The notes under the pieces are model-generated. The model made no database searches and was not told where the DNA came from. It saw only the letters and a list, made by a program, of their open reading frames with translations. From Takakia lepidozioides (taxonomy: Eukaryota > Plantae > Bryophyta): 64,000 nt of DNA. Each line of letters starts with the position of its first letter. Within the stretch, counting starts at the first letter, position 1. Position numbers and translations under genes: made by a program. Positions 52,240 to 62,791 of this stretch are shown piece after piece. The stretch is from the NCBI GenBank assembly GCA_030704615.1, contig CM060731.1, positions 53,506,001 to 53,570,000 on the forward strand, given 5' to 3'.

Positions 52240-53044
52240 CAGTGTTGGCCGGTTATAAGAATTTTACATATCCGCCGGTTAAGGTTACTTCAATATTTTT
52301 GGGATGGACACACTCCATGGTTATGTATAAGGATAATTTTTTTATTTTAATATATCCACCGGTTTTCTATTCTACAAAATTCTTCAAATTTCAACGGTTA
52401 TGAATAGGACGGTTAGAGGTGTCCTAAAATTGGCGGATATATATGCAATTGGCGGTTACATATAAAATATTGAATGGGCACTTGTATTTCTTAATGATTT
52501 TTGTTAAAAATAATCAATTCCCACATGACATTCAAATGAACCTTTAATAAAGATGAGTAATAGATAGATAATGCTAGAATGCTCCAAGTACATGAGAGAT
52601 TTACAAAATAAAATGACTAGAGTAAGAAAGGAAGAAAGTCAAAGAGGGAAGTTGGCTAACATTTAACATAACAATAAGTTATACATACTGAGCGCACCTC
52701 TTGCAAAAGTTGTCAATACTGAGGCATGCAGGCAATCAATGCAGCTGCGTTGTGTGAGGAGGAAGGCAATCATGGCAATCAATGCAGTTGCGTTGTGTGA
52801 GGAGAAACATGTCCTATACTATAACCGCTCTAGGGGTGGTCAAAACGCCTTACTAATCCGGGTATATAGTGTAGTGCTAACCTTAATATAGGGTACATAT
52901 ACATATACATACTCACCTCCCAACCGTCGGTTATCTATTTGCTTTGTTTTGTAAAAATACCTTGTATGCAGTTATGTATACCTACTAACCGGGGTGGTAG
53001 CCGACTCACTAATCGGGGTAAAGTTCTATACCCGGCCAACACTG
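52240..53044. mobile_element. hAT-type MITE (805 bp)
   Basis: TIRs CAGTGTTGGCCGGTTATA / TATACCCGGCCAACACTG (17/18 match). Perfect 8-bp TSD GAAATTAC (52232-52239, 53045-53052). Confidence 0.93.
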
Positions 53045-53269
53045 GAAATTACAAGTCGTTCTAATTAGTGCACATGCGACTAGACATTTTCATTCATAAT
53101 TTGATTAATGGAATAAAGATATTTATCCATTAAAGTGAATATGTAGTCGACTCAACGACTCCATGAACCACTGCGCATTGATTGCACCCGTGATTCGAGG
53201 CCACATTTGCTGACGTGTGTTTCACAAAAACAGGTAAAGAAAATGTGGCCTTGGGGGAATAGATATTTT

Positions 53270-55612
53270 AATATGTACTGCCTCCACCTGGAAGTGACAT
53301 GGAAGGTCCATGGTCCAGCTTGTAGGGTTTGTCGTTCTGAACACCGCCCTGGTGGACATGTATGCTGAATGCGGGAGCATTGAAGATGCGAAGGTAGTGT
53401 TCGATTGTGGCTCAACGAGATGTGGTGTCGTGGAGTGCGATGATCGCATTGGCAGCAAGACAAGGATGTATGCATGATTTGTGCAGAGGCAGTGATAGCT
53501 GAAGGAGCAGGATAGAGTGTGGGTCCATATTCATCCAAGAGGGTCGGATTTCAAGCTCCAGATTACCTATGGATCCCTGTGGAAGGATAGCTACAAGAAA
53601 CCTCCATGGGTAGATGGTTAGCTGGAAGCGGCAGCTGTAGCGGCACAATTGATCAAATCAAGCACCTCAACCATGACCACAGCTTCTGGAAGAGGATCAA
53701 GAGAGGGAGTCCACAATGCCTCTTCTGGCACTTATGGGCATGTGAAGATGCTTTATGAGGCAGGCAGACTGAAAGAGGCTCTACAGATTTTAAACCAAAG
53801 AGGCATTTCAGCAAATGTAGATACGTATGTGTGTCTCTTGCATAAGTGCATCAAGATGAAAGGCCTAGAAGTTGGAAAGCAGGTGCACACTCACATTGTC
53901 CAAAGTGGATTCACGCCGAACGTTTTTCTACTCAACAACCTTGTCAACATGTATGTTAATGGGAGCATCATGGATGATCACCAAGTGTTCAACACAGAAT
54001 GCCTCAACGATCTTTGATCACGTGGAATATAATGTTGGCAGGATTACCAAGCATGGGCGTGGTACGAATGCTTTGGAGACCTGTGAGCAAATGATGCACG
54101 AAGGGGTGAAGCCCAACCACATCACGTTTGTATGTGTTTGCAATGCGTGTGCAAGCCTGGAAAAGGGGAACGAGGTCCATGGTGACATCGGTCAAAGCTG
54201 GAATTGCACCGGATGTCATTCTGAACACTGCCCTGACCTGGACATGTATGCCAAATGTGGATGCATTGAGGATGCAAAGGGAGTTTTCGATACTATGGCT
54301 GAATGAGATGTGGTGTTGTGGAGTGTGATGCTTGCAAGGTATGCACAACAGGGACGTGGGATGGAGGCTTTGGAGACCTATGATCCAATGATGGGGGAGG
54401 GGGTGAAGCCCAGCCACTTTGTGTGCATTTGCAATGCTTGTGCAAGCCTGGCAGCCCTGGACAAGGGCAAAGAGGTGCATGGGGATATCATCAAAGCTGG
54501 AATTGTACCAAATGTCATTCTGAACACTGCCCTGGCAGCTCTGGAAAAGGGGAAAGAGGTCCATGGCGACATCTTCAGAGCTGGAATTGTACCAAATGTC
54601 AGTCTGAACCATACCCTGGTTGGACATGTATGCGAAATGTGGGTGCATCGAGCCTGGACAAGGGCAAAGAGGTGCATGGGGTATCATCAAAGCTGGAATT
54701 GTACCAAATGTCATTCTGAACACTGCCCTGGCAGCTCTGGAAAAGGGGAAAGAGGTCCATGGCGACATCTTCAGAGCTGGAATTGTACCAAATGTCAGTC
54801 TGAACCATACCCTGGTTGGACATGTATGCGAAATGTGGGTGCATCGAGCCTGGACAAGGGCAAAGAGGTGCATGGGGTATCATCAGAGCTGGAATTGTAC
54901 CAAATGTCATTATGAACATTGCCCTGGCAGCTCTGGAAAAAGGGGAAGAGGTCCATGGCGACATCTTCAGAGCTGGAATTGTACCAAATGTCATTCTGAA
55001 CCATATCCTGGTGGACATGTATGCAAAATGTGGGTGCATTGAGCCCTGGACAAGGGCAAAGCGGTGCATGGGGTATCATCAAAGCTGGAATTGTACCAAA
55101 TGTCATTATGAACACTACCCTGGCAGCTCTGGAAAAGGGAAAAGAGGTCCATGGCGACATCGTCAAAGCTGGAATTGTACCAAATGTCATTCTGAACCAT
55201 GCCCTGGTGGACATGTTTGCAAAATGTGGGTGCAAAGGGATCTAGGATCTAGGATGCAAAGGGAGTGTTCGACACTATGGCTGAACGAGATGTGGTGTCG
55301 TGGAGTGCGATGCTTGCAAGGTATGCATGGCAGGGACGTGGGATGGAGGCTTTGGAGTCCTATGAGCAAAGGATGGGGGAAGCACATCATGTTTGTGTGC
55401 ATTTGCATGCTTGTGCAAGCCTGGCAGCCCTGGACAAGGGCAAAGAGGTGCATGGGGATATCATCAAAGCTGGAATTGTGCCAAATGTCAATCTGAACAC
55501 TGCCCTAGCAGTTTTGGAAAAGGGGAAAGAGGTCCATCGCGACATCTTCAGAGCTGGAATTGTACTAGATGTCATTCTAAACAATACCCTGGTGAACATG
55601 TTTGCAAGATGT
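53270..55612 (+). pseudogene. PLS-class PPR pseudogene with internal tandem amplification of ~196-bp units
   Basis: GRLKEALQIL...TYVCLLHKC...GKQVHTHIVQSGFTPNVFLLNNLVNMY, DMYAKCGCIEDAKGVFD, ERDVVSWSAMLA, ALDKGKEVHGDIIKAG. Many frameshifts. Repeated units at ~54456-55240. Confidence 0.9.
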
Positions 55613-55819
55613 GCAGGGATGCCTCGGCGTGAGCCTGGTCACGTGAGCGCGACTGCGCTCACGCCACGTCACCTTGCGCAAATGCCACGTCACGGGGCTC
55701 AGTCCACGTCATCACACGTGGAGGCCGAGTCACCACGCACCCAGAAAGAAGTGGAGTGTATTCCCGCGGATTGGCACCCTTTACCGCGGAAACAAGCTGG
55801 ACGACATAATAAAAGGCAT

Positions 55820-56175
55820 TGAATAAATGATGGATGAATGTACAGTTGGATGATAAACAGATGGATGAGTTTGAAAAATCTATGTAGATGGATGAATGAC
55901 GGATGGATAAGAGTAAAATGGATGAATGTATAATGGATGTTGAGCAATGACAAAAATTCATGACAGGAAGATGCATGACCAAATCTTTTGACGAATGCAC
56001 AAAGTATATGAAATGAGTGTGGAAGGTTTGTGGGGTGGATTAAAGAGTACAGAGGATGAATGTACAATGGATGTTGTACAAAGGAAGCTTTCATGAATGG
56101 AGCACGCATGAATACAGTGTAGATGAATGCACAATGGATATGAGAAGAGTCAGGAAGGTTTGTGAGATGGATTCA
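55820..56175 (+). repeat. Cluster of (G)GATGAAT-like short direct repeats 3' of the ParB-MTase gene
   Basis: About ten tggatg/gatgaat motifs within ~350 bp. Confidence 0.6.
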
Positions 56176-56632
56176 TACATATAGCAATTTAAACGAAAGT
56201 TGATTCTGTGATTATTATTTGTTCTAAAGGAACAACTACGGTAGAGTAAGGGGATTCAACGTTTTCCAGATAATATGAAAATGAATATTAAAAGAATACA
56301 GTTCAGTCTGACTCAGAGTCAGTACAATGTATCCCCTCTTCCTCTGCATCTAAGTCTAAGTATTTTAGAACACCGGATCCACGCTGGATACACCTACGGC
56401 TGGCCACTAAAAAGTCAGGGGATAGGGACTCGGACGCGTGAAGTGCCATTGCTTCGGCATAAACAGGGAGCAGAAAATTGGAAAGGGGGCTGTCGAAAAC
56501 AGACTCGCCAGAAATGACTGTATCTCCTGAAGATCCACCGCTGGCTTTCCTGAAAGACAGCCTGAAAAAGTTATTACTGTAACTTTGATGTTATCGAGAA
56601 ATTGAGTATGACTCCCAAAGAGGGTTTAGCAC

Positions 56633-59600
56633 TTACTCACATGAAAAGTCGTTGTCGACCTGCTTATCTTCGGGATCGTCATCATTTCGAATATGAATCC
56701 GATCAGTCTGTGTGCCTGAAGTGGAGCCAGACAAAAGGGGGAGGAGCACTGTGTTGTAGAGGTCAGAATCACCCTCCATACCAAAAAGGCTTCTTCCGCC
56801 TGCCTTGCATGCGTGGTAAGTTGCTCCTGCACCAGACAGGAGAACATAAGCAGTTTGGAGGAGGGGATTTAAGCAGATGAAACTGTTGAAAGGAAACCAA
56901 TTCGGAAGGGAGAAAACGAACCTGTGGACACAGAAAGATCGACCACCCGTGCAGAGCGGTGGCTGCATGACTCCAGCAGTATTTGCATGAATGCTGGTGA
57001 CTTTTCCTTTGCACCTCTCCAGGGAGTGCCATCTGGTCTCTTCAGAGTCTGACTGGACTGCATGAAGTTGTACAAAATGTCATCGACATGGGGCTCATAG
57101 GGGGGGTTGACGAAACAACCCTGGTCAGAAATCTCAAAGCTGCGGATGGAGGATGGTGTCTTTGATGTGCGAATCCTCCGCAGGCAGATCGCCTGAACAT
57201 CCTCGTCTGCCAAAGATAGCAGGTTAGTGTGGTAAACACAATCTAAAGTGGAAGTGTGTACATCGGCTATTCAGAACTCTGACACCAAAAAACCATGAAT
57301 CGTTGATGATCGGTGTCGATCATAAAACATTCTACTAGAGTGGAGCTGCAGAGAAAATTGAAACTCATGATCAAAGCATAAGCAGAAGGCAGACGGCATA
57401 CCAGCTGACCAGGGAAACCCCCTTTCACAAGGTAGAGGCTGTTCACACAATTCCATGTGCGCAAAACTTCAAACCCTGAAGACTTGAGGTATGATGCCAA
57501 TGCCCGACGACTATCATTGTCACATGACTGAAAAAGCAGAAGTGTCCCTGCATCAGAGAGGAAATTGTTACAGAACCCGAATACCCAACTCCAGTAGTTG
57601 TCCTCGAATTTGTTCCACCCTGGCGTCTTGCCCTTTGGAAGAACTTCTGGCACAGCCTGGCCATCCGGGATGTCGAGAATGACAATGTCGGCCGCATAAG
57701 TTTTCTGCACACCGCACACGAAGGTGGGACCTGTGCTCACCTGCAACAGACATGTTTTTTATAAGAACGATGGCAAGAATGTTTTCAAAGAACGAGACTG
57801 AAATACTGCCAACGAAACATTCAGAGAAAAAGGAAAGAAAGTGGAATTCTCACCAGATTGAGGAATGAGATTATATTGTCCCAGGTAGGGGATGGCACCC
57901 CAGTGTATCCTCTCTTTCGACTCTGCATCATCGAAAGCCAACCCTCATTAACAATTTTCATCTCTCCTGCTGAATCAGAACGGGAAGGGTGTGGCTTGGC
58001 ATCGAACACGCACTGAAGAGTGCGGGTATATCTTCCAGCACTAAAGTCCTGCCCACTCTCCATCTCCTTTTCATTCTCCTTCCCCTTGTCCTTTTCCTTC
58101 TCTTTGGACTTGTCTTTGTCCTTTGGCTTTGCTGGTGAGATGGCTATGACATCAACAGCCTTGTCTTTTGGTTTGCGGCCCGCCTTCTTTCCCTTCTGCG
58201 GCGTTCCCTGAGCATCAGGCTCCTTGGCAGCCAAGGTTGCTATGTTTCGTTGATACTCTTCGTCAGTCAAAGGCGCCAGCATCTCAGCGTTATTGTTCAA
58301 GTATTTCATATGCTGTTCTTGAAAGGTCGTGTGCTCAGGTGGGCAGTCAAGGTACCACCCACAGTCTCTGAAGTGAGAAGGACTCCAGTCCTTCAATATC
58401 CCTGCAGTATACATGGTTGGATCGTTTGCAGGGTCCGACCACATGTCAAGATAGTCGGGAATTCCGCTCAGGTGATTTCCTTCCATAAGCACATATTTCG
58501 TGTACCTGAAAAAAGGAGATGAATCCCAACCCACAAAAGCGCTCAGTGAGTAAGATGCAAGTAGAACAGAAAGAATAAAACATGGATTGAAATGGCTCTG
58601 ACAACTGCTCCAAGGACCTTTCAGGACCACACTACTGCTCCAGATATGAATGTCGTCAACGCCATTCAGAACATTCCATTCCATGACACTGTAAATACAT
58701 CCTAATCCAGGTGAATGCAAATAAGCGATTAGAAATGACACAGACATAGAAGTGAATGTCGTCAACGACATTCAAGAATGAAGCCAAATTATTACTGAAA
58801 TGAAGCAAAATCACAGGATGGAAATAAAAAAATTGAGTAAGGAACCATCCAGGAAAACTCAATGCACATTCATAACGAACCTATCACTGAGGACCTCACA
58901 ACATCACTGTATGTGAATGGCGTCAACGCCATTCACAAAAATACAAAAAAGAAACCAATTACTTAGCTCCCCAATCCATGAAAATTGAATTTGTCGTTTT
59001 GAATAATACAGACACAGCTGTGAATGTCGTCAACGACATTCACTTTGGATTTCTTAAAACAGAGCTTATCAAGCCTCCATATTCATCGCAAGAGGAAAAA
59101 ACAATGCAGAACAACTGAATGTCTGCATTGACATTCAGCAAAATGAAGTGATCAACCCTCATTGTAACCTCTATGGACATTACAAAAATTTAAATAACCT
59201 TGAGGACCACACAACAACTCCGTATGTGAATGTCGTCAACGCCATTCAAGGACATTATCAATTCTAATCAGGGACAATATAATTGCACCCTTAGATCCTA
59301 ACCAGGTGAATTCATATACTCGCTTAAGAATGACTCAGACAAAGAAGTGAATGTCGTCAACGACATTCAATCTGGATCTAAGATTGCAATCCATATGAAG
59401 CCACAATTTTTCCCAAAAAAACAGTAGAGTTTCAAGTATGACATTTCACCTGTACACAACTCGCATCATGGCCCACTCTCCTCCAACCTGACTGTCAAAG
59501 TCGTTGGACCGTAAAATGTTACCATCTTTGGAGAACTCCCGGAAAAACAGTATCTCCAGGTGAGACCTCTCCACTTCCTTATGTATGCCTCCAATGACAT

Positions 59601-61937
59601 TTGGGGAGGGGAAACAATCGCAATGTTCAGGTCCTTCAAAGTCTGATCCAGCACAATGACGGCGCGCTTTTCGAGCTGCAAATAGTATATTTGTCAGAAT
59701 TGCAAAAAAGAAACACATCACATACTTGAAGAGAAGAAACAGCATGTTCGAATACACACCTGACTCCAAAATGTAGCCTTGTGGAGCCAGTTATCAAACA
59801 CCAAATCACTGATTCCTTCCACCTTTGTGCCAGGCTGTATGGTGCTCTTTGGGAACTGATTCAAGTCCTTTACTGTTTGATCTGAGTTCCATATCTCCAG
59901 CCACCTTATTTTTGTTTGTGGGTCGACCATCGATATGGCCAGCCGGTGCAATTTCTCCTGCTGCATCTCCGGATGCACATGCTTGTCATAGTGTGTTTTG
60001 ATCTGCTGAAGGAACTCAGGACCAAGTCCAGGATCTACTATTCTAAGCTGCTTTCCGAAGGCTGACATCAATTTGGTTCTTCGCATCTCAAACTCCTTCT
60101 TTATTGCAGCTTCCACACCCTTTGATGTCCTTAGTTCCTCTGGTGTAGTGCGGTAATATTCGGATTTTCCCTTCTCAGCTGCCTCTGCCAGTTCTTGCTG
60201 CATTCATTCAAGTAGTGATTAGCTCCGAAGGGACTCTAAACATGTATTCGAAAAGTAAACAGATTACAGACTCGGGCTTACCGCATACATGTACTCCAGA
60301 AACGCCTCTCGTGTCAAAGAATACCAAGTGCCTGCAGCTCTTCCTGTTTCGCACTTCTTGATGATATTGGGTGGTAGTACTGTCCGAAAATCATCCAGCT
60401 TCATCAGACCAATCCTCTGAATTCGGAATAGTGTGTGAACCAAGCTTGTTGTCACATGCGATTTCTCTGTCGATCTGCAAAAACATTGAAAACATTGCAT
60501 TCCTTAACACTGTTTTTTGAGGATCAACAAGACACTACAGAGGGAATCAAATCTCCTGGATGACTTACTTGTTCACGTCGTGCATAGCTGTAAGAAGCCT
60601 AGCGATGTCGTTTCCTGGATCCAAAACCATTGCCTCCACAGCAACATGCTTGTCTTTGTCTTTCGAATGGTGTTTCTGAATGTATCCCATCCATGCCAGC
60701 AATCGGTGGTTGCCGTCCCAGACGTAGAACATGTGGTTGCAAAATTGCTGGGTGTTCTTTCCCATCATGAGGCCCAGCTCGAACTCCTCATTGGCATCTT
60801 TCCAGCACTCATCCCAGTTATCACTGATCTCTGGAGAAACTAATGTGCTTTTCCCATTTATATCCGTCAGTGACACATAAAAAACTTGTGCACCAAGTCT
60901 ATATCCATGCACAAAATCACTCTCCAATTTTGTTATGTCATGGGAAAGAGGTGGACGCACAACAGGCATTGATATCATCCGGCACAGAGGTATGTCCAGA
61001 CGCCCTCCAGATACGAGCATGTCCCTTATAACCTCCTGAGAGTTTACCTTCTGGAATGACATGAGTTCTTTCACCTTGTCAAGGTAGTGCACTTCGGATT
61101 CATCTGCTTCATCTGTATTCTCTGAGCTTTTTGCGGACTCGTCCCCATCTCCAGATCCTTTCCCCTCTGATCCTGTAGGCTTCGACCTCACAGTTTTCTG
61201 CACGATGCCATTCAGTTCTGACTAAGTGATTTGCAAATAGTGAATGGCGGTAACGACAATCACTCTGTATCAAGGAAACTCACCATGAATGGTGTGAAAG
61301 AATTCAGCACAATCTACACATGCAAAGCCGAGACTGCCGTATTCAAAACAAAAGTGAGAGCGATAGCGAACGGCGTTAACGACAATCACAAAAGATAACA
61401 ACCTGCCGGATCGGTGTTGTGTAATGACATATATGTGCAACTGATTGGCGGCAACGACATTCAGTGTAGTTTAGGGAGAATAGTAAGTGCAGACTCTCTC
61501 TTCAAACACATAGGTACATAAATCTCATGAGCAGAATCGAATGGCGTTAACGACGCTCGCGATTCAGTAGTTCCTGCTAAAGAATGGAAGAGGAAGGACT
61601 CCTTGAAAGGCAATCACACAGACTATATGATAAAACTTACTGGCACCTTCTTAGGTTTTGAAATTTGATCCCCTTCTGCAGCTTTCCTCTTCCCTCTCAC
61701 ATCTGCTGGAGTTTCTGTCTGCGCAAGGGTTTCTTGACCTTCTTCAGGTTCGGCGTTCCGCGTGCTTCCACCTTCTTCAGTGTCCCTGCGATTCATCTCT
61801 GCCTCCACAGGCTGGCGCACTCTTATCGCCGACTGTGTCGCAGCCGCTGCCTCAGTCTCCGTCTGCTCTTGTGAATCAGTCTCCGCGTTCACCTGCTGCC
61901 TTGGCCCTGTGTTCTCCAACAAACGACGCCTCGTCAT
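56633..61937 (-). CDS. ParB/Srx-like domain fused to a beta-class N4-cytosine/N6-adenine DNA methyltransferase-like domain; 9 exons (61937-61641, 61197-60569, 60474-60282, 60197-59760, 59675-59450, 58505-57854, 57740-57402, 57206-56922, 56826-56633); ~1084 aa after restoring two apparent 1-bp deletions (exons 5 and 8)
   Basis: ParB-like: VVRP...ITKLESDFVHGY...FYVWDGNHRLLAW (DGNHR at 60717-60703). MTase-like: ADIVILDIPDG (motif IV position), FLSDAGTLLLF, GFEVLRTWNCVN, WRGAKEKSPAFMQILLESCS...VVDLSVSTG|ATYHACKAGGRSLFGMEGD (motif X-I-II, compare HPTQKP..L...S..GD.VLDPF.GSGTT..AA...GR..IG.E.D). Splice junctions are canonical GT-AG. Confidence 0.8.
58647..59369. repeat. Array of seven 22-bp palindromes TGAATG(T/G)CGT-CA-ACG(A/C)CATTCA in intron 5 of the ParB-MTase gene
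   Basis: Copies start at 58647, 58753, 58914, 59021, 59116 (variant centre), 59227 and 59348. Four have perfect 10-bp arms. Confidence 0.95.
61241..61559. repeat. Four degenerate copies of the same 22-bp palindrome in intron 1 of the ParB-MTase gene
   Basis: TGAATGGCGGTAACGACAATCA (61241), CGAACGGCGTTAACGACAATCA (61367), TGATTGGCGGCAACGACATTCA (61442), CGAATGGCGTTAACGACGCTCG (61538). Confidence 0.85.
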
Positions 61938-62791
61938 TTTCTCTCTTGCTCTGCGTCTCTCTCTAAGGGAAGTAAAATAAAGAGACTTTCTTCTCTTTCG
62001 TATTCTAGAAGGAACCCTCTCCAGCTTGACTACCACTCTCCCTCTAAGCGCGAAAAGTAGAAAAACGCAGTGACTCTCGATTTCTTGCGGGATTGCCTGT
62101 GTTCTTGCGTGTCTCTAGAAGCATCGGATTCCCTCCCGCGTGACCGTTACACATAGTCGTTTCGTTATTAGTGCACATGCCAGCAATTGGTGTACAGCTG
62201 TTCGTATTCAGTTATGGATGTCTGACGTGTGCCGCCCAAACAAAACGGCGTGTTCTAAATTATAACTGGTTCAATATTTAAAAAGAACAGCGAATCCCAG
62301 AAATTGATGCGCAGTCTTAAACAAATAAATATAAATGAACGAGAGTTTGATGACAAATTTTGGAATATCATACACGGTCATCCTTGTTATCCAAACCCCA
62401 CATTCGTTGCACATTTGGAACTTTCCAGGTGCGCATGATCATTGGTAGTAGTATATAGATACATTTACTTAATCTGCAATCCCATTCTCGGATCCTGTGG
62501 CATGCTTCCAGGAAGTCGGCTTTGTTATTGGGTTTATTGATGAGGTTCTGATTAACGGTTTAACAGTTGCCGACACTGCCCCTATGGATTCTCTGACCAC
62601 TGGGCCCACAAGAAAAGTAATTAAAATGGACGGCTGCATATCTGGAATGAATAACAGAATATGCACAGTCGTTATCTGAGCTTCCTCCGCCATATGCTCT
62701 GCTCATTCTTCAACTGTGTTCTGGAGACAGCAGTAAACCGATTTACACTAGATCTGCGATAGCAAGGTACAAACATACTCGAGGAAGGAAG

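Noticed and set aside
53053-53080. ~20-bp similarity (gtcgtt...ttagtgcacatgc) to 62157-62180
   Set aside because: Too short, and in direct orientation with no flanking homology, so it cannot define element ends.
55642-55663. Helitron 3' hairpin
   Set aside because: No CTRR terminus at the expected distance on either strand.
57821-58771. The 316-aa ORF as a standalone protein
   Set aside because: Its first ~88 codons are intron 5, including palindromes. The coding part starts at the AG acceptor at 58506/58505.
58647-59369. CRISPR array (palindromic repeats with spacers)
   Set aside because: Spacers are 73-139 bp, variable in length and homologous to each other in three blocks. The array lies in a spliceosomal intron and no cas genes are present.
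58647-61559. GTYRAC (HincII-like) core in the palindrome centre as the MTase target
   Set aside because: GTCAAC/GTTAAC is present in most copies but not all (GGTAAC, GGCAAC, TGCATT variants), and nothing in the sequence links it to the enzyme's specificity.
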